From Hypanus sabinus (lineage: Eukaryota), in contig NC_082709.1 in the NCBI RefSeq assembly GCF_030144855.1, forward strand, positions 65,658,001-65,722,000: a stretch of 64,000 bases of DNA. The letters are read 5' to 3'. The notes below the pieces were generated by a model, which made no database searches, was not told the origin of the DNA, and worked only from the letters and a program-made list of their open reading frames with translations. Shown piece after piece: positions 27,204 to 38,660 of this stretch. Numbering within the stretch: the stretch's first letter is position 1; each line of letters begins with the position of its first letter. A program made the position numbers and the translations under genes.

Positions 27204-28019
27204 GTGAGTATTATTTAAGTTTGAAACAATCATTGGATTACTTTTGTTTTGAATGAGAACTGCATTATTGGTAGATTTGAAAAGCTTAGGTTTCTGAAAG
27301 ATATAGTGACTGTAGATCTTTCGGGCTGCTGCTGTTGGGAAATCGAGCATTTTTATTTTTCTTTTCTCAGCTGCTTGATTCACATTATGGAGAGCACCAG
27401 TCTCTGAATGAAGGTTGCAGCCAAGTGCCTAGGAAATTGGAGTACTACTGCACAGAAATAAGTCCTTCAGGCCTCTCCAATCCATGTAGCTATCCAAAAT
27501 TCCCAAATGAAACTGAATCGACCAGATACACTAGCAGCCTGTTCCATGCTCACACCGTCTTCTGAGTCGAGAAGTTTACCCAGAGAGTCTCCCAAAATAG
27601 TTAATCTTTCACTCTAAATCTAAGACCTGAGGTTCGAGTTTCACCCAAGAGTGTAAGGTGAGAGGGGAAAAGCCTGCATGAATTTGCTTTTTCCATACCA
27701 CTCTTCCCCCCATAATTTTATATACCTTTGAAGATTTTCCCTCATTTTCTTGTGCTGCAGGAAATAATCCTAACCTATTTGAAATCTATTGATGCCATGT
27801 GTTCTTGATTATGATATAGTTCATTGAATATGTTTGGACAATATGTAATTAATAATTGCACTGTCACTATCTTAATATATGATAGTGGGTTTGCTGAACA
27901 CAGTTCTGAACGCAAAATAGACTTTGGATATAAATAGCCAGGAGTGCTGTTACTAAAGGTATATTATACTGTAACTACCCAATCTTTTAAAAACTAGTTT
28001 ACTTCCCTGTTTATTCTGT

Positions 28020-28333
28020 AAAACAAAGCAAAGGTGCTTTCAAAAATAACAATAAATGTTTTTGAAATACCAAAAACATTACTATAAAGGACAGTTAGTA
28101 AAAAAAAACTAAATCAAATTAATATTTGATGTGAGCCCCTTTGATCTTAAAACTGCATCAATTCTCTTACGCAGTTTTATAAGAAAATAAACGGTAGTTC
28201 TGTAGACTTTGGCTGTTTTGCTTCTCTCTCCAGGTAATCCCAGGTGGCCTCTGATCAGGGTTCTGTGGAGACCATACCTTCTGAAGCTGTATAAAAATAT
28301 CTAGGGTGTTTTAAGACTTTTGTGCAGTACTGT
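28020..28333. mobile_element. Tc1-like non-autonomous remnant in EEF1B2 intron 5
   Basis: Terminal TAAGACTTTTGTGCAGTACTG+TA. Confidence 0.55.
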
Positions 28334-28701
28334 ACAAAGGATGAAACTTCATGAAATTGTGATCCGGCAAGGTTGCTGGATGACAGATGTGTTTCTTGGT
28401 GCTGTCGGGTTTAAATTTCTTAATATTTTTGAATGGAAGTTCTGCATGTGATAATTCAGTTAAGGAGAAGATGGTCATTGGGATGGTGGAGTTCTGTGGC
28501 AGATAAGCTTTCTGCGGTGCTTTTGGTTTTCAGTGTTTGCATTGCTACCTTTGAGTTCATTGCTACGGATATTTCCAGATTACGGAGCGAGTTATAGAAC
28601 AGCCAAATCCATATACATCATCTTCAGCTACTGTGCAGTTGTCTGAGATAATAGATGTGAATATTGGATTTTTACTGTTGCTTCATTTTATTTCATTACA
28701 G

Positions 28702-28769
28702 CTAAACTGGTTCCAGTGGGTTATGGCATCAAAAAATTACAGATTCAATGTGTGGTGGAAGATGCTAAG
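28702..28769 (+). CDS. EEF1B2: EEF1B2 coding exon 6, (S)[22 protein letters not shown]
   Basis: 68 nt, ttacag acceptor, AAG|GTAAAG donor. Confidence 0.95.
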
Positions 28770-29886
28770 GTAAAGGATGTGGTCATGTACAGATTTCAGA
28801 TAGACTTTTGTTAAAGTAATATGCTTAAAGTTTGCACAGTGTGTTTGCCATTCATTTAAATACTAATATTTTAATTGTTACAAATGAGCAAACACTTGCT
28901 AAACTAATCTTACTGGAAACTTCAGTCAGTTGAGCAGCTGATAGATTGTAGCTATTTAGCATAGAGTCTGCTAATTTTTTTTAATCAGTTCAATCCTCAC
29001 AGAGATCTTGATTAGTGTTCTTCAAATTTTATTTCCTCACTCTTCAAGTTGTTAGGTAATGTCTGTATCATACGTTTCTGTCTTGTAGCTAGTAGCAACT
29101 GAGTAGCTGGTCTGTGGCTTCAGTGATCAGAGCAGAATAAAAGACGAAGCTCTATTTACTGGTTGTTTCCCCATTATACAATTATTCACTGTACTGAAAA
29201 CAAGATTCAAGCATTTATTTTGCAGGGAAACAGTGGTTTGAATTCATTTCACTATTGATCTCAAAGATATTTCAATTCCATCACCTCAATTCTTACTCCA
29301 GTACTGCCTGTAGAATGTATTTTTCATTTTGAAATCTCTACTCTTTTGCTTTATTTTAGTAATGTTGACGGGCTTTAATTGGGTTACAGTTATCAAATGG
29401 ATCAAATTATTGTGCATTTTTCCAGTTTCTCGAATAACTCAGGAACTTGCTTTTGTAGCACATGGGGCAATGAAATAGTCAAAGTGAAAGCACTTATTTT
29501 ACTTCTGTTGTATACATTTATTTAAAAAATGACCACGGCAACATTGTAGGAAGAAACTGAATCTGGTGGTTATAACCTTTCCATGTCAATGTTCATTTCT
29601 GGCAATCATACAGAAATGTGAGTAGACTTGTTTGGAAAAAGTGCAAAATGATTCTCCTTGTCAAGTGAGGTTGGGGAAGAGAGTAGCCATCAACTAATTT
29701 GTTAATTGTATTAAATGATTAATTGAACTGATTGAGTTCAATGTAAATATGTAAATGACTGATTACTACTATCTCATCACTTTTTCCAGTTGTGTATTCA
29801 ATTCTTCACTTGTGTTCTGAATTCCAAGATTGTTTTATAAAACATACTTACAAAGCATATTAATATGCTTAAATATTTCTTTTCAG

Positions 29887-29973
29887 GTGGGAACAGATAT
29901 GCTGGAAGAAGCTATCACAGCATTTGAAGATTATGTTCAATCTGTTGATGTTGCAGCCTTCAACAAAGTCTAA
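29887..29973 (+). CDS. EEF1B2: EEF1B2 last coding exon, [28 protein letters not shown]
   Basis: 87 nt ending TAA; total CDS 678 nt = 225 aa. Confidence 0.97.
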   Translation: MGTDMLEEAITAFEDYVQSVDVAAFNKV

Positions 29974-29992
29974 AGCACCAACTATTGAACAC

Positions 29993-29998
29993 AATAAA
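29993..29998 (+). terminator. EEF1B2: EEF1B2 polyadenylation signal
   Basis: AATAAA 19 nt after the stop, followed by a GU/U-rich tract near 30020-30040. Confidence 0.85.
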
Positions 29999-30543
29999 AG
30001 TTAGCATTTGCAGAACTTCTGGTCCTTTGTTTTATTTTGGCTGGGGACTGCTGCTCACCTAATATGGGAGGTCAAGCTTGTTCAACCCGCACGTGTTCTC
30101 TAATCCAGGCAGCATCCTGGTAAACCTCTTCCATATCCTCTCCAAAGCCTCAATGTTCTTCCTAGAAAGGGGTGACCAGAACTAAAATGCCTAAATAGTT
30201 TATAAAAGTGTGACATAACTTCTTGAATTGCCTCAAATAATAATATTCCATATGCTGCCTTAGCCACCCTTTAAACCTGTGTAGCCCACTTTCAGAGAGC
30301 TATGAATTTCGACCTCAAGATCCCACTGCTCCATCAACAAACACTGTTGTAAAGAGTCTTTCTTTTAACAGTGTACTGTCTCTTTACATTTTGGCCAGGG
30401 TAAATCCATCCTCCATATATGCAGCTGATCTAAATCCCCTTGTATTCTTTCCCATTCTTCTACATTGTTCACACCAACACCTTCTTTCTATCATCTGCCA
30501 AACATACTAATCCATTCATCTACATTTTCATCCAGATCATGGG

Positions 30544-31379
30544 CAGGGCCTATAAAAAGTATTCATCCACCCCCTTGCAAGTTATCGTAATTTACATTGA
30601 ATCAGAGTGGATTTAAAGTCTGATGGTTAAGCTCAATTCTGGTTTTATCAGACCTGCTGACTTCAGAATCTCCCACATACCTTCGAGCAAACTCTTACCA
30701 AGATTTCATGTGAATTTTTAACAGTGGGTTTCTCTACCACACTCCCATAAATTTGCATCTGGTGAAGCACCCAGGCAACTGTTATGTGCACAGTCTTCCC
30801 ATCTCAGCCACAGAAATCCTCCAGAGTTTTCATAGGGCTCTTGGTGGCCTCCCTCACTTCTTACATTGTCACTCAATTTTTAAGGATGGCCTGCTCTCGG
30901 CAGATTTACACCTGTGCCATATTTCCATTTCTTGATTGTCTTAACTACTTTCAAGGGATATTCAGTGGCTTGGAAATTTGCTTGTATCCATCTTCTGACC
31001 TTTACACAACTGCTTGGAGTGTTCTTTTGTCTTAATGGTGTAGTCAATAACCCAGGATACTGACTCACCAGCAGTTGGACCTTCCAGATACAGGTGTATT
31101 TTAACTCCAATTGAAATGCTACATTTTGAAAATAGATCTCCATTTTTACTAATGTGACTTCTAAAACCAACTAGTTGCACCAGTGATGATTTGGTGTGTC
31201 ATATTAAAGGGGGTGAACACTTGTGCAATCTGTATTTGTAATTAATTTAGATCATTTTGTAGAGATCTGTTTTAACTTTAACCTGAAAGTCTTTTTCTGT
31301 TGATCAGTGTCAAGAGCCAAATTCAGTTCATTGAATGGAAAATTCTGGGGGTGTGGGGGGAATACATTTTAGAGGAGTA
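30544..31379 (-). mobile_element. Internally deleted Tc1 transposon
   Basis: TIR CAGGGCCTATAAAAAGTATTCA at left, degenerate inverse at 31345-31379; VVKTIKKWKYGTGVNLPRAGHP HTH remnant. Confidence 0.75.
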
Positions 31380-32315
31380 CCTTGACAAAGTATTCAGGCC
31401 CCACAGCTGTTCACATTTTACTCTAATTTTCTAAATTTAAAATATTTTGAAGTAGAATTTTGAGCTATTGTGCATCATGTCAAATCTAAAACAATTTCAA
31501 AACCTGTCAACTCACTAAAAATTAAAAAAAATTGTAAGGCTGACAAAGTATTCATCTTGTAATTGGTGTGCTTGCTTTCAAGTGCAATATACATAATTAC
31601 CTTACCAACTCACCTAATTTTGTTGCTGTAGAAAATTGGGGGGGGCCACCTCTTTTCAATGAATTCATTTGAATAAATACCACCTTTTCCTATAAGGCTC
31701 AACCGTATGGTAGATTATAAACACACCAAACCAAAATGAAGATAAAGCATTAGGAAATGATGAGCACAAATCTGGGAAAAGGTTAAGACAGTCTCAAAGG
31801 CACCTAACATGCCTTGGAGCTCAGTGTAGTCTTTCATGGACAAAGTGGAAAAAACAGGAAACTACAGTCTCACTGCTTCGGTCATACCACCTCTCAGAGA
31901 AGAATGGTACTTGAAGGAGAGGCTATTGTGATGCTGGAGATGAAGTCCATCACTTCACAATCTCCAAGGCCTTGCACAAAGAGGGTATTTATGGAAGAGT
32001 GGCAAGGAAGAAACCCTGGCTTCAAAAAAGCATATCCTTGCCTATAAAGACATTGCAAAGCATACTGTAAAGGTCTCGTGATCAGATGAGATTAAAGTGA
32101 CATTCTTTGGCCTCAACACTAAGTGGTATGTGTGGCATAAATCTAATATAGCATATCAGCCAGGTAACACCATCTCTACTGTACAATATGCTGGATGTAG
32201 CACCATGCTATGGGGTTACTTTTCAGCAGTATGGAATGGAAATCTGGTCAGGATTGATGGGACAATGAATGCTGCTAAATCGAGAGAGATCCTGGATAAA
32301 ATCCTCTGCCAACTG
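31380..32315 (+). mobile_element. Second Tc1 transposon, 3'-truncated, frameshifted transposase
   Basis: CTTGACAAAGTATTCAGGCCCC TIR; SDEIK...FFGLN...TVQYAGCSTMLWGYFS...LVRIDGTMNAAK DDE-domain remnant. Confidence 0.8.
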
Positions 32316-33662
32316 TGAATAATAACAGGAGAATGGGGCTAAGAGGAAAAATAAATTTGCCATAATCAAATGCAGAGCAGGCTTAATGGACTGAATGGCC
32401 TAATTCTGTTCATACATCTTATGGACTTCAATTAAGCAGGTAATTGGCATCCAAACTGAATTGGTTTAATGTGTTTCTAATCCCCAAAGTACAAAGGCCT
32501 CACTACTGCAATGCTGGTATGAAAAGTAAAAGTGAAAATTTAATTTGATCTTGTAGACCTATTAGATTAGATTTGCTGTTATAATGATCAGCCTTATCAT
32601 AAAATTATGCTTGATTATGATTCTTGCATACTATTTGCAACTTTCATCATCTTGGAGTTACGTAAACGTTCAAAATCTCTGGGCATCTTAATGTTTTTAA
32701 AGGATGCCCAACTACAGTTGTTTCTACCAATGACCCTCCTTTCATAAAACCAAAGTTTGGGATGTTCAAATCGATAGTTCAAGGGAAATAGACATACTTA
32801 CAAGTAGTAACGTTCTGTGTTGGGCTTTGGTGTTAATGACAACCTGCAACAAGAGTGGTTCATCCCCTTCTTGTAACAGAATAATGGAATCACTAAAAGG
32901 AGTCCATAACATCAACATACTGAAGGTTACCACGGCATAGTGATTCAACACCCCAGTGGCACAGTGGTTAGCACGTGGAATAAACATTGTGCCTCTGATA
33001 AATTGGACCAGTCACAAATACAGTTGAATATCCTGTGTAAAATAACCTGCCCCATCTCAAAGTTTTTCTGCCAACTACAAAGCAAAAGTCTTGTGATGGA
33101 ATACACTCCACTTCACTGACTGTGATCTGCTCCCACAATACAAAATTTCACATTCGGGACAAAACCGCTGGTACTCCATTCAGTAACCTACACATTCATT
33201 CCCTTTCCTACTGACACATAGTAATTGCTGTGCGCTATCTACAAAATGCACTGCAATTTCATGGCTAGGTGACTTGACTACCAGATGGAGCAAAGACCAC
33301 CAAGCATGCAAGGTTAGGTGATTTGGAGCATCAGTTGCATTAACCCTTCCATGTTATACATTATTCTGACTTGGGAATATCTTCTCACTCCTTCAATTAG
33401 GTCCCAAGTCTACATCATGGACCTCAACAAAAGTATTAAAGTCCCCTTGTTGGAAGGATTGCATTGGTTCAGAAAGGAGGTTCACCACTTTTCAATGACA
33501 ATTAGCAATGGGTAATAAATGATAACCTTGGTAGTGATTCCAAAATCCAAAATTGAATTTATTAAAAATATGATGGTTTTCAATTCAATGCTACCTGCCC
33601 CTAGCATTTAATTTGTGTTTTAGATATTTCAGATCTTGTGCAACCATCTGTAAATGCAACTT

Positions 33663-34060
33663 CGAGGAAATCTGCAGACGCTAGAAATTCGAACAACACA
33701 CACAAAATGCTGGTGGAACACAGCAGGCCAGGCAGCATCTATAGGGAGAAGCGCTGTTGATGTTTCAGGCCGAGACCCTTCGTCCTGACCTGCTGTGTTC
33801 CACCAGCATTTTGTGTGTGTTGTGTAAATGCAACTTAATGGGAAGAAAGTGGTGTTCTGAAAATGCTTTATTATTATAAACCATTAAGATTAATTAGTGA
33901 TGAAATTGAATGTCAACACAATCAGGCAGCATCTATGGAGAGGAATAAACAGTCAATGTTTTGGGCCGAGACCCTTCATCAGCCCATAATGTTTATTCCT
34001 GCCTGACCTGCTGAATTCCTCCAGCATTTTGTTACTCTGGATTCCCAGCATCTGCAGGAT
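33663..34060. mobile_element. Two short self-complementary Penelope-derived elements with degenerate hammerhead cores
   Basis: ACACACAAAATGCTGGTGGAACACAGCAGG ... CCTGCTGTGTTCCACCAGCATTTTGTGTGT inverted arms; minus-strand CTGATGAAGGGTCTCGGCCCAAAACATTGACTG at 33950-33982. Confidence 0.75.
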
Positions 34061-35885
34061 CTCAAAGGATTAAGTGTTGGGTTACCAGTGATCTAGTTCA
34101 TTCGAGATTGATAACATTGGGAAATAAGTATTTCAGATGTAAATGATCCATTGCTTTATTCTCTTAAAAGGATGCAAGTATGTGCTTTTGAATCCAAAAG
34201 GAGTACATTTGAATTGGGAGGAAATGAATTGGTGAACATTATCAGACTTGCATGGTTATGGTATCATAGAAGAAAAATGTCTTTAAGATTTGGAATGGGG
34301 AAGTCGATTATTAATGATTTATCAGTTTCTTGCTTTCCTTAATGGTACGTTTCTTATTGAGGAAACAGCAATGGGTTATTTAAAGAAATTTCATCAGATC
34401 TCTGACCTTGACTGTAGATGACTGGTAATTCTTATCACTTCACTCAATGCAATTATTCTGTGCTAATATTCAATTCCATCTCCAGTTTCTTCAGAAATCT
34501 TTTGCCTCCAAAACACTATGTCTGTAAAAACTTGATGAATTAAAGACATTTTTCAATAACATTCTAGTTGTGGAATCAGAATAAAAATACGTGGCTGATG
34601 ATTATGTTATATCCATAAATTAAGCAACCACTCAATGACTATTTGCCTTAAGGAAATAAACCTGTAAATTGGACAATAAAGAGCAAGATAATCTTTAGGT
34701 AGCATAACACATTCTAAAGTGCAAACATTGAGGCAATATGCAAATATTTTAATGTCTGAACAATTAATGGAGCTGTTCTACCTGAAAACCAGAACTAATC
34801 AAGAGGAAATTTTTAGGGAGCTTTGTCAGTAACGTTGATCAAATTCTACCTCAGCAATTTTGGCCATTTTCTACCAAATTCTTTGAAAATACATTTTGAA
34901 CATGCACAAAACTTTGCAATTTGTTGAGCCTCTTTCAGATATATTAGTTATAATGCTGTTTTATATATTAAGTCAAGTTATATTCCACAAATCTAAGTAC
35001 ATAAACTAAAATTACACTCCCAATTCACCCTCAGAATTGCCATTTTAATATTTTATATTATAGGAGCTGAGGGTGAATGTACTGCAAATGACCTTCTGAT
35101 TATGTCCAAGATCTCTGGCAATTTTGCTACTAACTTTCAGCTTGTTATTTCTTGAACCAACTTGCACAACCATAATCAGTGTAACAACATTATAACTAGT
35201 TTGCACTTCAGTGGACTTTGTTTTTCTTTGTTATAAGTGTGATTCTTTTTTGTACAATTTATGTTCATAATTTTCTTGTGAATGTTTTGTGATGATTCAT
35301 CAAGGATTAACTTTATTCGTCACATAGTATTAGATGTATTAGGAATTTGCTGTGATGCATTGGTGCGACATGCAAAAAAAGTTAATGTTCAACAATTATA
35401 AAGGAAAGAACTATATAAAAATAAAGTTAGAGGTACAGATATGGAATAAAATGTGCATAAGTAATTAAATACTAGCATGTATTTATAATGTAAGCAGCTT
35501 TATCAAAAGTGGTTTAAAGTGGCTTATATAACAGACAGAGGGGGGTGGGGGCTAACTAGAATGGTTGATCAGACTTAACTACCTGGGGAAAGAAACTTTT
35601 AAAGTAGCATAGAGTTTTTGTTTTAATAGCCCTATAGCGCTCTCCAAAAGGGAGCTTATGCAAAAGGCTGTTTGCTGGGTGGGGTAGTGTCTGCAATGAA
35701 TTTTCCTCCCACTTCTTTGTGCTGGACACATTCAAGTCCTGCAGCCAATTACCTTTTCTGCTGCCGTGACAGTTTGCTATAGTTTTTGTATATTGTGAGA
35801 GGATACTGCACCAAACCATATCATAGTAAAGGTTGATGTGAGGATCCTCTCTATGATAGCAGTGCAGAATTGCACCAGTACAAGT

Positions 35886-36990
35886 CCCCATGGTATTACA
35901 GTAAAGAATCTTGCATGGATAGAAGATTGGCTAACTGGCAGGAAGCAAAGAGTGGGACAGAGGAGGCCTTTTCTGGTTGTCTGCTGGTGACCAGAGGTGT
36001 GCCATAGAGGTTGGTGAGGGGATCGCTTCCTTTCATGTTTATATGTCAATGATCTGGATGACAGAATTGATAGCTTTGTGCAGACGATATGAAGATAGGT
36101 CAAGGATCAGGTAGTGTTGAGGGCGAGGGAATCTACAGGACTCGGACAGGTTAGGAGAACGGGCAAAAAAAGTGGGTTATGGAATACAGTGTAGGGACGT
36201 TATGGTCATGTACTTTGGTAGAAGGAATAAAGCAGACTATTTTCTAAATGGGGAGAAAATTCAGAAATCAGAGATACAAAGGAACTTGGGAAACCTAGTG
36301 CAGGATTCCCAAAAGGTTAATTTGCAGATTGAGTCAGTAGTAGGGAAGACAAGTGCAATATCAGCATTTATTTCAAGAGGACTAGAATAGAAAAGCAAGG
36401 ATGTAATGCTGATCAGACTATACTGGAATATGGTGAGCAGTTTAAGGATCCTTATCAAAGACAGGATAACCTAGAAAACATAGATGTGCTGGCATTTGAG
36501 AGGATCCACAGAAGGTTCATGACAATGATCTTGGGAATGAAGTGGTTAATGTATCAGGATAATTTGATGACTGTACTCACTGGAGTTTAGAAGACTGAAA
36601 GGGGGATCTCATTGAAGCCTATTGAATTTTGAAATAACTCAGAAGAGTGGATGTGAAGAGGATGCTTCCTATAGTGGGGGAGTCTAGGACCAGAGGGCTC
36701 AGCTTCACAGTTGAAGGACACCCCTTTAGAATTGAGACGAGGAGAAAATTCTTTAGCAGAGAGTGGTGAATCTTTACAATTCATTGCTATAGACGGTTTG
36801 TGGAGGCCACGTCATTAGGTATGTTTAAAGTAGAGTTTGATAGGTTCCTGATCAATTAGGGTGTCAAAGGTTACGGAAGAAGACAGGAGAATTTGGTTGA
36901 TGGGGATAATAGATTAGCCTTGATAAAATGGCAGAGTAAACTGGGTGGATTGAATGTCCATAATCTGCTCCTATGTCATATGGTCTTATC
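35886..36990 (+). mobile_element. CR1 LINE RT C-terminal and 3' UTR fragment
   Basis: YVNDLDDRIDS, MYFGRRN...YFLNGE, ISAFISRGLE remnants and CR1 3' end. Confidence 0.8.
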
Positions 36991-37839
36991 TTCTGAGGAA
37001 AATGTAATTTTACCAACTCTGGCAAGAAGTATATCTTCTGCCAAGCCTTTTTGTTTATAAAGGGAATATGGTTATCTTACATAAGGTGTGTGAAATAATG
37101 ATGGCAGCGAACCTATTGACTATGAAATAATGATGTTAGTTGACCATTCTTGTCAAGACTGTGATAGAAAAAGTAGTTTTGCTATTAATAAGAGCAATTG
37201 GCAAATTCCATCAGTACCATAAAATGTTCCATTTGCTTTTTGAATATGGGAAGGTAGGAATGATGGTCCAGTGCTTTGGTGACTATTTTTCAATGATCAT
37301 CAACTACTCTTTAATTTTGAGAATTATTTTTTTAAGTCAAGCACCTAGGTTTAAATTGGGTAGACTATTAGCCTCCGAAATGAGGAATTACTTTGCTACC
37401 CAGAGCGGATTTAAGTACAGCCAATAATATAAACCTAATCTATTAGATAATTCGTATTGTTCTGATGCTCCAACTTACATATTCTTTAAAGGGAACAGTG
37501 TCTGTATTTAAAAATAAACGCTTTTATTCTTTCACAATTATCAAAGCTTTTGACAGTTATAATCGTGTGCTGTACCGAAGAACAAAAGTAATGATTCTGT
37601 TTTGAAAGAAGTGTTTAGATATGTTAATACTCTGCAGTAGTGAGTCTGAAAGAACAAGGGAGATACACATGGGGTACTGGAGAAGGGGTGTGAGTTAACT
37701 TCGGTTCTCGCTTCGTATTTCCAATACTCCCCCCTCCCCCACTGTATGGACTTCTAATGGGCTGAGAGTAGAGCCCCAGCTTTTCCCAAACCTTGCATGC
37801 TTTGACATGGAGTTTGCATACTCCCAGCAATTTAACAAT

Positions 37840-38660
37840 TTCTCCGAAAGCGTACAGCTGGAAGGACCGGGGCACTCCCCATAGTTGCATACTGGCCTAG
37901 GCGTTCGCTGTCATCTCTTCCAACAGCAAGTTCTCTCTTTTCGCTTTGCCGGCCTTCCCTTTTATCTGAAGTGTTCAATTCTCTCCTCTCCCCTTCGAGG
38001 CGACGCTGCTCGGCCATCCCTTTAACGGTGGGCGTGGCCAAGCCCTGGCGTCGGCGGTCATAAAAGCAGCAGCGATGCCCCTTTAAGGGTGGCCAGGAAG
38101 TAGTGGGGGCCGAGGCTGAACTCTGACCGTAAGGGTGGAAGCACATTCGGCGCGCTCGAAATGCACGGTAAGGGGAGGGGGAGGCAGATAGAGAGGGAGG
38201 GGGGGCTCGGCTTAAATCCGGGGGCAGGATGTGTGCGAATTGATTGCGAGACTTGGGCCAAGGCCGAGTAGGATTCCCAGTTCGCTTGCGGCTACTTTCC
38301 AATATTGCTTCAATGTTACAACTTGCATGGTGTCAGTTTCTCCCGGGGGAGGCGGCTTGTCAAGAGTTTGTTATTTTTAATGGTGAGGGGCTTACGTGAG
38401 CACTGTAAAGGAGACGAATGTGCTAGGTTCTCACCTAAATATGCGCCCGCCTTATCGAAGACTGAAATTAGTTTGAAGATCTTCACCTGCACATTAGAAA
38501 CTTAATTTTCATCCCCCACCCCCACCCCGCCGCCTCCTCCCGCACTCTACGTAATTCCAAATCCGTTTATAAAATTTACAACTGTCAGTGCTAGCTGGGT
38601 TTGGTGGAAGAGCGTTACTGGCGGCGAGCTAGAGTTACATCACGTACTCCTTATACACGT
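37840..38660. promoter_or_regulatory. ZDBF2: CpG island, probable ZDBF2 promoter and first exon
   Basis: CpG-dense, repeat-free; GC box GGGCGTGG near 38030, CATAAAA 38059-38065, plus-strand donors at 38129 and 38168. Confidence 0.75.
38161..38167 (+). CDS. ZDBF2: Predicted first coding bases of ZDBF2 (ATG CAC G|GTAAGG)
   Basis: Strong donor ACG|GTAAGG; phase 1 joins the 58138 exon in the zinc-finger reading frame. Confidence 0.55.

Noticed and set aside
28905-29645. Hairpins in EEF1B2 intron 6 loosely resembling SNORA41 parts (TACTGG at about 28911 and 29157; hairpin 29578-29637)
   Set aside because: No complete hairpin-H-hairpin-ACA arrangement could be built by eye; needs a covariance-model search
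37832-38302. 156-aa minus-strand ORF over the CpG island
   Set aside because: Expected stop-poor reading of GC-rich promoter DNA; no recognisable domain
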